The position numbers and the translations under genes were made by a program. Source: an uncultured bacterium (lineage in GTDB: Bacteria > Abyssobacteria > SURF-5). From it: a stretch of 64,000 nucleotides of DNA. A model generated the notes under the pieces. The model ran no database searches. It was not told where the DNA came from and worked only from the letters and a program-made list of their open reading frames with translations. The stretch covers positions 43,344 through 107,343 of the forward strand of contig CAZSKP010000006.1 of the NCBI GenBank assembly GCA_964607485.1, in the 5' to 3' direction. Positions 1 through 8,708 of the stretch are shown here, in pieces (within the stretch, counting starts at the first letter, position 1; each line of letters opens with the position of its first letter).

Positions 1-310
1 CGACCATGAAGGTGTTCACCATCACCCTCTGCCGTTTGCGAGGCAACCGCGCGAGGCTGGTGGTGACCAGCATCGCGCACGCGAGCGACAAGGCCACGAA
101 CTCGCGCCGACCCGCCATCAGCCAGGAGAATGGAATCTGAAAAACAAGCGTGTCGCTCCATCGCGCCGCCGCAACCATGCCGATGAGAGCGAACGGTACG
201 ACGTATCCGATTTGCCAATACGGACTCCGCAGGCGCGAGAACGCCCGCCCGGCAAGGACCCCAACCACCGCAAGCAAAGCAACGCCCATCGTCCCGAGGT
301 ACTCAGCCAT
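1..310 (-). CDS. 5' part of a multi-TM membrane protein, possibly the N-terminus of a C39-family cysteine peptidase (runs off the window)
   Basis: Not in the ORF track; translated by hand. ATG at 310 follows GGAGGG and reads MAEYLGTMGVALLAVVGVLAGRAFSRLRSPYWQIGYVVPFALIGM...FQIPFSWLMAGRREFVALSLACAMLVTTSLARLPRK, open to base 1. It resembles N-termini of membrane C39 peptidases as recalled; no catalytic domain is visible. Confidence 0.6.
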   Translation of the reverse strand, partial: MAEYLGTMGVALLAVVGVLAGRAFSRLRSPYWQIGYVVPFALIGMVAAARWSDTLVFQIPFSWLMAGRREFVALSLACAMLVTTSLARLPRKRQRVMVNTFMV

Positions 311-389
311 GTCCTTTCCCTCCTGTGCGGGGACCGGCCTCCCCTTCCCCGGGCGTCGCCGCTTCCCATGGTGTGGGCTTTAAGCACCA

Positions 390-1196
390 TCAATCCTCAA
401 GTGGTTCGCAATCCGGTATCGGCGCGCGCGGGCGCTCGTCGAGCAATCGCGCCATCGTTTCGGTCATCGGAAATTTCTCGCCCAGCTTGACGAATTCGAT
501 GTGACCGTCGAGATAGAGGACATTGCCGCTGGGTGGGATATGGCTGAAGTTGGCGGGGTCGGTGTATGGTCTATCCCACACAATAGGAATATCGGCGGCG
601 GTCTTGGGCGGATCATTCAAGAAACTCTCGGCTCCTCTTTTCAAACGATGAATCACGTTGCTGCCGCCATTGCCCTTTCCGTCCGCCACGACGATATCCT
701 TGTCGCGATCCTCTGGCGCGAGCTTGTCGTATGCCTCAAAGAACGCCTCGGCCTCCTCGTCGCTTGTGACGAGCCAGCCGAGGTACACGTAGCTCATATC
801 GGTGATGCAGTCCGGATGCACCTCGCCGACCTTGCAATCTGGATGATGTTCATTTGAGCGGAGGCGGAAATTGATTGTTGGGTCAAAGTCCGGATCGCTT
901 GGGCACGCCACAATCGAAGCATCCGAAGCGTACTTGAAATATTCGGGGAAAAGCGCATCGCCCTCAAAGATGAAGTTGTTCTTCGTATCATCGATGACAG
1001 GATATCGGCCTTTATTCTCAGAGCCATACAGGTCGAACGCCAGACCGAATTGTTTGAGATTGTTGACGCATGCCGCACGCCGGGCGATCTCCACCTTGCG
1101 TGAACAAGGCGAGCAAGGGAAGAGTATCAAGAACGCCACGCCCGCAATCACCAACAGCGCAATAGTCTTTCCAGTACTCGTCCGCTTCCTGCCCAT
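390..1196 (-). CDS. DUF1559-family pilin-like protein with C-terminal H-X9-DG motif
   Basis: N-terminal TM, then ARRAACVNNLKQFGLAF, ACPSD and HIPPSGNVLYLDGH. GGAGG precedes the ATG. There is no GFTLIE prepilin site. Confidence 0.8.
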   Translation of the reverse strand: MGRKRTSTGKTIALLVIAGVAFLILFPCSPCSRKVEIARRAACVNNLKQFGLAFDLYGSENKGRYPVIDDTKNNFIFEGDALFPEYFKYASDASIVACPSDPDFDPTINFRLRSNEHHPDCKVGEVHPDCITDMSYVYLGWLVTSDEEAEAFFEAYDKLAPEDRDKDIVVADGKGNGGSNVIHRLKRGAESFLNDPPKTAADIPIVWDRPYTDPANFSHIPPSGNVLYLDGHIEFVKLGEKFPMTETMARLLDERPRAPIPDCEPLED

Positions 1197-1314
1197 GGCG
1201 CACCTCCCTTTCGATAAGGCCTCAAGAGATTCGCAGCGTCACCTATCCCTCACAATAGGGTATCGAGGGGCGCGGGTGCTCGTCTAGCAACCGCGCCAGC
1301 CTCCTGTTGTGTGG

Positions 1315-3711
1315 TCATTCGGTGACGGTCGTGTCGTAACGCACGCCCTCGGGCACGGGTACCGGCACCGCCACGCTCACGCCCTCTTCTCCGGCCGTTT
1401 TCTCCAATTCGTCCACGGCCACGAACGCGGTGTATTCGCACAGAAGGTGGTACGTGAGCGACGTGTCGATTATCTTGCCTTTCAGTTCCTCCGAGGGATT
1501 ATAAGTCTCCTGGTCGGAGAGGTCGGCAATCTTCCAGCGCGCCCAGATGCTCTCGATGGCGGGATGCTCGGCCTCGGCGTCGGGGTCGACGTTGACCATG
1601 AACGAGCGCTCCTCGCCGCCGACGCGGCCGCTCACGCGGATGGCTGCCGGCGGCTCGCCCTCGAACCGACCCGTCACCAGCACGGGCCGGCCCACGAACA
1701 GGTCGGGAATCTGTCGCGGATACACATCGGAAACGTTCGCGTCGCCCCAGTCGATGCCGATGTCGGCCAACGCTGGGTGCGCCGCGCGCTCGTAGAACAG
1801 ATCCACCTCTTCTCCGGCGGAGTCATCCAGGCCGACGTACGCAACCGCCCCGCGACCGAGCCTGGCCATTCCTGCGAGCAGGTAGCGGTTCGTCGAACTG
1901 CCCACGCCGAAGCTGAAGATGCGCGCGGGCCCGACCTTCTCTTTGACGGCCGCAAGAATCTCGGCCTCGTTTCCGATGTATCCGTCGGTCATGAACGACA
2001 CGACGCGCAGGCGGTTCTCGTCGTGAGGGAAGTCGAGCGCGGCCTTGATGCCCTCTATCATCATTGTGCCGCCGCTGCCATGGAGGAACTTGAGATATGC
2101 CAGGCCCTTCCCAACGTTCCAGGCGGTGGCGGGAATAGGCTCAGACCCGAGGCTGGAGGCGTCCTGCGAGAAGCGGATGATCTGGAATGTGTCGTCGGGC
2201 TCCAGCTTGCGCAGGCAGCGCCGCATCGCCTCCTTTGCCTTGGCCAGAGGCTCGCCCGACATGCTCCCCGAACAGTCGAGCACAAACACCATCTCGCGCG
2301 GCGTCCGGGGCAGGCCGGCGAGCTCCTGCGGCGGCTGGAGAACGAGCGCGAATGTGCCTCCACTCTCGCCTCGGTGAATGAGCATTGCCGTCTTTATCCG
2401 GTCGCCCGCCGTCTTGTAACGCAGAACGAAATCGCGGTTCGGTATGCGGTCGTTTGGGCTGAGAGCCACATGCACGCGCGAGGGCGCGACGCGACTGACC
2501 TCTATCGCGTGAGTGCGACTGCGGACCTCTTCGATTGCGACGCCGGCGTCGATGTCGAGGCTGAGCGAGATGTCGTGACCGCTGCGCTCGCCGGGTTTCA
2601 GATACTGGACCTCGGTCGTCTGGCCCGACGCGCCCGCGCTGCCCCGGCCCACCGCGCCGACTCCGTTGGTTTTGCCCGGCGGGTTGAAGCGAGGGCCCAC
2701 GACCATCGGGAAGACAAACTCGTATTCGCCGTCTCGGTAGGCGAGAGGATTGAAATAGACAATCTGGACGTCCACCCGCTTGCCCGGTTCGATATTTGCC
2801 ACCTTCTGCGTGAACACGTTCGGCCGTTCCTGCGTGAGCAGCGAGGCGACGTATCCCTGCGAGCGGGCCTCTTCATATATCTCGAGCGCTTCCTCGCGCT
2901 CGCGGATGATGCCGCGTATGCGCCGCTCGCCAACGATCATTAGGAAGTCGGTGACCGCCGCGCTCTGGGGCAGAGGGAACACGTACTCGGCCTCTATCTT
3001 GGTGTCGTATGGGTTATGAAACTGCTGGGTCACCTCGACCGTGGCGACAAAGGCTGACACACGCCCCTTCACCTCGGTGTGCTCGAGAGGCACGGCCACT
3101 TCCTTTTCGTCGATGAGCGCGCGCAGCTCGCCCTGCGTGGGCTGGTCCTTGGCGGGTTCCGTCTCCGGCTCGGAAGCGGAGAGCTCGACTACCCACACCT
3201 CGTCAAATGCGCCGGCCGCCTCCCACGGTTCAAGATCCAGTTCATCGGCTATGAGCCGATTGAACCCGTACGGGCCGGCTCGTCGGGCCGACTCCCGCGC
3301 CTTGGCGAGAGATGGGAGAACGATGGCGATGGCGAGAAGGATCGAGCAGTTGAGAAACAGGCCCGCGAGCGCTCTCCGCCTGTCACCCGGCAGTGTGACG
3401 CCGAGGATGCTGGCAATGATTCCCGCGAGGCCCAGAACCGGGATGCTTATTGCGGACAGTCCGAGAAGGATCTCCGCCCAGTTTGGCAAGTATCCATTCT
3501 CGCTGAGTGCGATTAACGCCACAGTCAGCCCCGCCATGACAATGCCGGCAAGGCCCAGCCGGACGCCGGTCCTTGCCACCACGCCGGGCCTTTTCGGGGT
3601 AGGCGGGTCGCCTTGAACTTCTCTTAACTCTGAACCGCAGTGCTCACACCTGACCGCATCCTTCGGGAGTTCCTTTTTGCAGCTTGGGCAAACCTTCGAT
3701 TGCTGTGCCAT
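1315..3711 (-). CDS. Membrane-anchored VIT + VWA domain protein with N-terminal zinc ribbon
   Basis: CPSC...CEHC, three hydrophobic helices, VIT motif (VEVTQQFHNPYDTKIEAEYVFPLP), VWA MIDAS DCSGSM and FMTDG, C-terminal YTAFVAVD. Confidence 0.9.
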   Translation of the reverse strand: MAQQSKVCPSCKKELPKDAVRCEHCGSELREVQGDPPTPKRPGVVARTGVRLGLAGIVMAGLTVALIALSENGYLPNWAEILLGLSAISIPVLGLAGIIASILGVTLPGDRRRALAGLFLNCSILLAIAIVLPSLAKARESARRAGPYGFNRLIADELDLEPWEAAGAFDEVWVVELSASEPETEPAKDQPTQGELRALIDEKEVAVPLEHTEVKGRVSAFVATVEVTQQFHNPYDTKIEAEYVFPLPQSAAVTDFLMIVGERRIRGIIREREEALEIYEEARSQGYVASLLTQERPNVFTQKVANIEPGKRVDVQIVYFNPLAYRDGEYEFVFPMVVGPRFNPPGKTNGVGAVGRGSAGASGQTTEVQYLKPGERSGHDISLSLDIDAGVAIEEVRSRTHAIEVSRVAPSRVHVALSPNDRIPNRDFVLRYKTAGDRIKTAMLIHRGESGGTFALVLQPPQELAGLPRTPREMVFVLDCSGSMSGEPLAKAKEAMRRCLRKLEPDDTFQIIRFSQDASSLGSEPIPATAWNVGKGLAYLKFLHGSGGTMMIEGIKAALDFPHDENRLRVVSFMTDGYIGNEAEILAAVKEKVGPARIFSFGVGSSTNRYLLAGMARLGRGAVAYVGLDDSAGEEVDLFYERAAHPALADIGIDWGDANVSDVYPRQIPDLFVGRPVLVTGRFEGEPPAAIRVSGRVGGEERSFMVNVDPDAEAEHPAIESIWARWKIADLSDQETYNPSEELKGKIIDTSLTYHLLCEYTAFVAVDELEKTAGEEGVSVAVPVPVPEGVRYDTTVTE

Positions 3712-3755
3712 GGCAATCCCCTCCGCTTAAGTTTTTGATTCCGCCCAGTTGCATA

Positions 3756-4229
3756 TTACTCCGAGTCGTGGCTGGATTCCTGCTCCTCATCCTCCGCGCG
3801 GCGAGAGGCCTCCGCGTCCTCCGCTCGCATCAGCTTGGCGAGCTTCGCAGTGTCGGCGAACATCTCGACGTGCCCGCAGGCAGGACACGCCCGTGCCGCA
3901 ACATCGACGACCGACTCGCTAAACACGAAGAACTTGGTCTTCTTGGGCATGAAATAGAGCTTGCCCGTCGAGCGTACGCTTCCCGGCAGCAGAAAGCCGT
4001 GCCCACAGACCGAGCAACGAGCGGCGTGATGTTCGGCCTCATCCTTAGCAGTGACCTTGCGGGCGACCATGTCGAGGTTCTCGCGCCGGAACCGCGTGGC
4101 CCCGCCTATTTTGAAGAAGCTGAGCGTGCCCTCTCGCATCCATCGGAAGATGGTCGGCTCGCTGACACCGAGGTAGCGCGACGCCTCCTTGATGGTCAAC
4201 CATCCCTCTGCCGTAACCAAATCAGCCAT
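3756..4229 (-). CDS. HTH_17 (excisionase/BldC-like) DNA-binding protein with C-terminal zinc ribbon
   Basis: WLTIKEASRYLGVSEPTIFRWMREGTLSFFKIGGATRF, then CSVC...CPACG. SD AGGAGG precedes ATG 4229. Confidence 0.85.
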   Translation of the reverse strand: MADLVTAEGWLTIKEASRYLGVSEPTIFRWMREGTLSFFKIGGATRFRRENLDMVARKVTAKDEAEHHAARCSVCGHGFLLPGSVRSTGKLYFMPKKTKFFVFSESVVDVAARACPACGHVEMFADTAKLAKLMRAEDAEASRRAEDEEQESSHDSE

Positions 4230-4239
4230 TGCCACCTCC

Positions 4240-4285
4240 TATCGTTTTATATTATTGACTATCATTTCATATCATATTATATCGT
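4240..4285. promoter_or_regulatory. Five TAT(C/T)(A/G)T hexamers at exact 10-bp period; putative operator
   Basis: TATCGT 4240, TATTAT 4250, TATCAT 4260, TATCAT 4270, TATCGT 4280. Confidence 0.7.
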
Positions 4286-4304
4286 ACCGCTTCGAATCTG
4301 TCAA
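4276..4304 (-). promoter_or_regulatory. Consensus sigma70 promoter of the HTH/VIT-VWA operon
   Basis: Minus-strand TTGACA (4304-4299), 17 bp, TATAAT (4281-4276). Confidence 0.85.
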
Positions 4305-4528
4305 GGCCTAACGGTCAAGAAAATCGTTTGCAGGCAAAAAAGATCGAGAGAAGGCCTGGTCATACGAAACCTTGCCGGGAGGGGATTTCAGACGACTTCT
4401 TGTCGGCAACTAATTACCGTTGCTTATCTTAGGAATGTGGCGCATGCTGACTCTATTTTGCCTCGAACTCGCCTTTATGAAACTCGAGCTCTTTTCTTGT
4501 GGAGCGTTTGCTGCGATCAGGCGGGCCC

Positions 4529-4557
4529 TTGACAAATTGGGCGATGGGTGATAAGAT
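4529..4557 (+). promoter_or_regulatory. sigma70 promoter of the TetR-ABC operon
   Basis: TTGACA 4529-4534, 17 bp, TAAGAT 4552-4557, with extended -10 TG. Confidence 0.8.
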
Positions 4558-4560
4558 ATT

Positions 4561-4582
4561 ATTGAGTGAGTACTCACTCAAT
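4561..4582. promoter_or_regulatory. TetR operator (perfect 22-bp palindrome)
   Basis: ATTGAGTGAGTACTCACTCAAT is its own reverse complement and covers the predicted transcription start, just upstream of a TetR gene. Confidence 0.85.
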
Positions 4583-4618
4583 TTTTCGGTGGGCTTTACA
4601 GAATAAGGAGAAACGAAG

Positions 4619-5230
4619 ATCGACAGGCAACGCAAAAACCAGAAGCGGCCAAGGGCGTCGTCCTCGGAAACCAAGCAGAGAATTGTGGATGCCGCGCTCG
4701 CAATTGCAGCCAAGAAGGGGTTCGAGCAGGCGACCACGGCCGAGATCGCGAGACACGCAGGCGTGGCCGAGGGCTCGATTTATAACTATTTCCGGGCGAA
4801 AGACGACCTCCTCTTCCACATGGTCGAGCAGTATGCCACGTCCTTCCTCGGGCAGCTTACCGCTGAAATCGAGGGTGAGACGGATGCGCTCGCGAAACTC
4901 GAGCGACTCATCGCATTTCATATCCGATTTTTCACACAGGAGGGCAACATCTTCCAAGTTGTGTTCGGCAAGACATGGGGGACCAGGGTGCAGATGGCGC
5001 GCATCATTCGTGGCGCTATTGCCCCGTACATGGTCCTCGTGGAACAGATAGTCACCGAAGGCATCGCGCGGGGACGATTCAAGAAGCTGAACCCGCAGAT
5101 AGCCGCGTCGTTTCTTCTCGGGGGGCTGCAGCTCACGTTGGTGCGACGGTTTTTCGACCTCGCCGACTACAGTCCCGAAGAGGCGATCGAGCAGGTTCGG
5201 AAAATCTACCTGGACGGCCTGATAGCATAA
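4619..5230 (+). CDS. TetR/AcrR-family regulator (probable ATC start; ORF track starts at GTG 4685)
   Basis: ETKQRIVDAALAIAAKKGFEQATTAEIARHAGVAEGSIYNYFRAKDDL. SD AAGGAG lies 8 nt before an in-frame ATC. Confidence 0.88.
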   Translation: MDRQRKNQKRPRASSSETKQRIVDAALAIAAKKGFEQATTAEIARHAGVAEGSIYNYFRAKDDLLFHMVEQYATSFLGQLTAEIEGETDALAKLERLIAFHIRFFTQEGNIFQVVFGKTWGTRVQMARIIRGAIAPYMVLVEQIVTEGIARGRFKKLNPQIAASFLLGGLQLTLVRRFFDLADYSPEEAIEQVRKIYLDGLIA

Positions 5231-5265
5231 CAACCGCCTTCATAGGCTTGAATTGCGAGGATGGT

Positions 5266-6342
5266 ATGACACAGGCTACCGATGAACGCGGCACGAAGCG
5301 GAACACGAAGAGGCCATTGCTCGTGAGAATTGTCGGGATAGCTGTTCTTTTGGTGGTCGTCTCTTTCCTCTGGTGGCGCTTCGGTCCCATTTCGGAGCGG
5401 AACGCAAATCGGTCGAAGATTCTCGCCACGGGCACCATCGAGGCCACCGAAGTCGAGGTGTCTGCGGAACTCGGTGGAACAATCGAGAAACTGTTGGTCG
5501 ATGAAGGCTACCGCATGGAACGCGGGCAGCCGGTGGCGAAGATAGAGGACAGCCAATTGCAGGCCGAGGCGCTGCGCGCCGAGGCGGCGCTCGAATCGGC
5601 CCGTGCGGCGCTGGAGGACTTGGAGGCGGGAGCGCGCTCCGAGGAGTTGCAGCGCGCCCGGGCGAGGGTGGGGCTTGCCAAAGCCACGCTTGCGCTCGCC
5701 GAAACCGAGTGGCAACGCGCGGAGAGACTTTTCAAGGACGGCGTCTTGTCCGAGGACCAGCGCGACAATGCCCGCACGAGCCTCGACGTGGCAAAGAGCC
5801 AGCACGATGTCGCCGCCGAGGAACTGAAACTGCTCGAGGCCGGCTCGAGGCCCGACCAGATAGAGGCCGCCCGCTGGCAGCTCAAACAGGCCGAAGCCGC
5901 GTTGCGGCTGGCCAGGGTGAGGCTCGATAAGACGAACATATCAGCGCCCATTTCCGGAACCGTGCTGGTCAAGAGTTCCGAACAAGGCGAGGTGGTTTCC
6001 CCCGGCGTGCCCATCGTCACAATCGCCGACCTCGACGACATGTGGGTCAAGATATACATCGACGAGGTTGACATCGGAACGCTGAAGCTCGGCCAACATG
6101 CGAAGGTCCGGGTGGATTCATTTCCGGGAAAAGAGTTCTCCGGCAAAGTGACATACATATCCGACGAGGCCGAGTTCACTCCCAAGAACATCCAGACTCG
6201 CGAGGACAGGGTCAAGCTCGTGTTTGCGGTCAAGATAGGCATCGACAATGCCGGCGGCCTGCTAAAGCCGGGAATGTATGCAGACATCGAACTCGAAGCG
6301 ATGACGCCGGAACCCCACATGGCCGGCGCCGAATCGGATTGA
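5266..6342 (+). CDS. HlyD/YbhG-like periplasmic adaptor (membrane fusion protein)
   Basis: N-terminal TM, ATGTIEATEVEVS, LLVDEG, coiled coil, ISAPISGTV, AEFTPKNIQTREDR, LKPGM. Confidence 0.93.
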   Translation: MTQATDERGTKRNTKRPLLVRIVGIAVLLVVVSFLWWRFGPISERNANRSKILATGTIEATEVEVSAELGGTIEKLLVDEGYRMERGQPVAKIEDSQLQAEALRAEAALESARAALEDLEAGARSEELQRARARVGLAKATLALAETEWQRAERLFKDGVLSEDQRDNARTSLDVAKSQHDVAAEELKLLEAGSRPDQIEAARWQLKQAEAALRLARVRLDKTNISAPISGTVLVKSSEQGEVVSPGVPIVTIADLDDMWVKIYIDEVDIGTLKLGQHAKVRVDSFPGKEFSGKVTYISDEAEFTPKNIQTREDRVKLVFAVKIGIDNAGGLLKPGMYADIELEAMTPEPHMAGAESD

Positions 6343-6356
6343 GAAGGGTATCGGTC

Positions 6357-7298
6357 ATGGCGGCGAGAAACAACGAGGCGGCAATAGAGACCCACCATCT
6401 CACGCGCAGGTTCGGCTCTCTCGTGGCCGTCAATGATCTCAGCCTCAGCATTTCGCGGGGCGAGATATTCGGTTTTTTGGGGCCGAACGGAGCGGGCAAG
6501 AGCACGACCATCCGAATGCTTTGCGGCATACTGCGCCCCTCGGGGGGAACCGGCACGGTCGGCGGATACGACATCGAAAAGCAGCCCGAGCAGATCAAGC
6601 GGATCATCGGCTACATGTCGCAGAACTTCGGGCTTTACAACGACCTCACCGTGGAGGAAAACCTGGCGTTCTATTCGCGCATCTATCTCCGCAACTGGAA
6701 ACTGGCACGCGAGAAATGCGAGTCCGTCATCCAGGCGATGAAGCTGGAGGAGTACCGCAACCAGTTAAGCGCCAAGCTGTCAGGCGGCTGGAAGCAGCGG
6801 CTCGCGCTCGCCTGTGCCGTCGTGCACGAGCCGGAGATTCTGTTCCTCGACGAGCCCACGGCGGGCATAGACCCCGTCTCGCGGCGCGTGCTGTGGGACA
6901 TCCTGTACGACCTTTCGCAGAACAAGGGAATAACCCTGTTCGTGACGACGCATTACATGGAAGAGGCCGAGCGATGCAACAAGATAGGGTTCATATGGCG
7001 CGGCCTTCTCGTCGCCTGCGACTCGCCCGCCAACGTAAAGAGCCACATCATGACCGATGAGCTTCTCAACCTGAAATGCTCGGATATCCAGAAGGCATTC
7101 GAGATTCTGTCGAAATCGGGCGACATCATCGACGTCAATATTTACGGCGACGAGCTCCACATTGTCGTCCCCAACGCGCGCGAAGGGGCCGAGCGCGTGC
7201 GCCGATTCATGGACGAGGCCGGTGTGGAGGTTCAGTCGCTCGAGCCCATCGCGGCCTCGATAGAGGATGTCTTCGTGTCGCTTTCCCGCAAGAATTGA
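6357..7298 (+). CDS. ABC exporter ATP-binding protein (single NBD)
   Basis: Walker A GPNGAGKST, signature LSGGWKQR, Walker B LFLDEPT, H-loop TTHY. Confidence 0.95.
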   Translation: MAARNNEAAIETHHLTRRFGSLVAVNDLSLSISRGEIFGFLGPNGAGKSTTIRMLCGILRPSGGTGTVGGYDIEKQPEQIKRIIGYMSQNFGLYNDLTVEENLAFYSRIYLRNWKLAREKCESVIQAMKLEEYRNQLSAKLSGGWKQRLALACAVVHEPEILFLDEPTAGIDPVSRRVLWDILYDLSQNKGITLFVTTHYMEEAERCNKIGFIWRGLLVACDSPANVKSHIMTDELLNLKCSDIQKAFEILSKSGDIIDVNIYGDELHIVVPNAREGAERVRRFMDEAGVEVQSLEPIAASIEDVFVSLSRKN

Positions 7299-7356
7299 GC
7301 GCGAGTTTCCATGGACCCGAATGCTTGTGAAACTGGCAAGCACAATGTTCTAAAGG

Positions 7357-7496
7357 ATGTCATCCCGAGCGAAGCCATGTCATCCTGAGCGAAGCCATGT
7401 CATCCTGAACGAAGCCATGTCATCCTGAGCGAAGCGAAGGATCTCTTTTTGAAAAAGCTGAGGCGTCTTGAGATTCTTCGCTACGTTTAGAATGAC
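7357..7496. repeat. GTCAT...ATGAC palindromic (REP-like) element with left arm amplified as 4 x 20-bp tandem repeat
   Basis: ATGTCATCC(C/T)GA(G/A)CGAAGC(C/G) at 7357, 7377, 7397, 7417. The inverted arm GAGATTCTTCGCTACGTTTAGAATGAC is at 7470-7496. Confidence 0.9.
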
Positions 7497-7574
7497 GGTT
7501 GATGAAGTTTTGAAGCAAGAGCACACGAATCCATTCGGGCAACATTCATTTCACACCCTTCTTGAGGTAAGACG

Positions 7575-8708
7575 ATGTCGCGGCTGTTCGCGTTGATACG
7601 AAAAGAAATCATCCAGGTCCTTCGCGACCCCATCTCGCTCATCATCATGTTCGTGATGCCGGGATTCATGCTGGTCCTGTTCGGCGTGGCCATATCGCTC
7701 GACGTGAACCGGATAAGACTCGCCGTCTGGGACCTCGACCGGACGCCCAGCTCGCGCGAGTTCATCCGTCGGCTGACCGAGAGCGGCTATTTCCACATAG
7801 TCGCCCACGTCGGCAACGACCGTGAGATCAGGCGGCTGGTCGATGCCGGCGAGGTCAGCGTCGCCGTGAAGATTCCGCCCGATTTCGAGCGCAACCTGAG
7901 GGCTGCGCAGCCATCACCCGTCAGAATAGTGGTCGATGGGGCCGACAACAATACGGCCACTATCACGCTGAGCTACATCAACCTGATAGTGGAGCGATAT
8001 TCAACCGAACGACTCATCGAGGGATTCGGCCGGCGCGGGGTTCCGGTTGAAAGGGTGCGACTGCCGGTCGAGCTGGAGCCGCGCATCTGGTACAACCCCG
8101 AGCTGTTGAGCGAAAATTTCTTCGTGCCGGGATTGATAGGATTGGTCATGATGGTCACGACCACCGTGCTCACCGCGCTTTCGATCGTGAAGGAGAGAGA
8201 GCGGGGAACCATCGAGATGCTGATGGTCTCGCCCCTCTCGCGGGCAGAGCTGGTGCTGGGCAAGATATTTCCGTATTTTGTGATAGCGCTCATCAACACG
8301 GTCGTGCTGGTTGTGTTGGCACAGTTGCTGTTCGGCGTTCCCTTTCGGGGCAGCACAGCCTTGTTCCTCGCGCTATCGGCCCTCTTTCTCCTGACCGCCC
8401 TGAGCTTTGGGGTGTTCATATCGACGCTGGCTTCGAGCCAGCAGGTGGCCTGGACGGTGTGTATGCTCTCGACCGTGCTCCCTTCATTTCTGCTCTCCGG
8501 CTTCATATTCCCTATCGAGAGCATGCCGTGGGGCATACGGCTGTTCACGTATCTTGTGCCCGTGCGCTATTACATGGTCATAATCAGGGGAATCATACTC
8601 AAAGGAGTGGGCGCCGAATCGCTCGTTCCCCAGATAGTGAGTCTGGCCGTTTTCGCGTTCGTCATGATAACGGTTTCCTCGCGGAGGGTAGCCCGGAGGC
8701 TCGCATAG
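7575..8708 (+). CDS. ABC-2 type permease (YbhS-like)
   Basis: KEIIQVLRD, WYNPEL, FVPGLIG, VKERERGTIE, LLSGFIFPIESMP. Confidence 0.93.
   Translation: MSRLFALIRKEIIQVLRDPISLIIMFVMPGFMLVLFGVAISLDVNRIRLAVWDLDRTPSSREFIRRLTESGYFHIVAHVGNDREIRRLVDAGEVSVAVKIPPDFERNLRAAQPSPVRIVVDGADNNTATITLSYINLIVERYSTERLIEGFGRRGVPVERVRLPVELEPRIWYNPELLSENFFVPGLIGLVMMVTTTVLTALSIVKERERGTIEMLMVSPLSRAELVLGKIFPYFVIALINTVVLVVLAQLLFGVPFRGSTALFLALSALFLLTALSFGVFISTLASSQQVAWTVCMLSTVLPSFLLSGFIFPIESMPWGIRLFTYLVPVRYYMVIIRGIILKGVGAESLVPQIVSLAVFAFVMITVSSRRVARRLA

Noticed and set aside
1309-2943. Long antisense ORFs (also 17250-18977, 29642-31372, 41211-43040, 49859-51232, 55343-56722)
   Set aside because: They are shadows of well-supported genes on the opposite strand in GC-rich DNA and have no family motifs.
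3756-4229. Excisionase marking a prophage or ICE
   Set aside because: No integrase, phage or conjugation gene nearby; context fits a regulator.
7357-7436. Four 20-bp repeats as a CRISPR array
   Set aside because: Units are contiguous with no spacers, and no cas gene is in the window.
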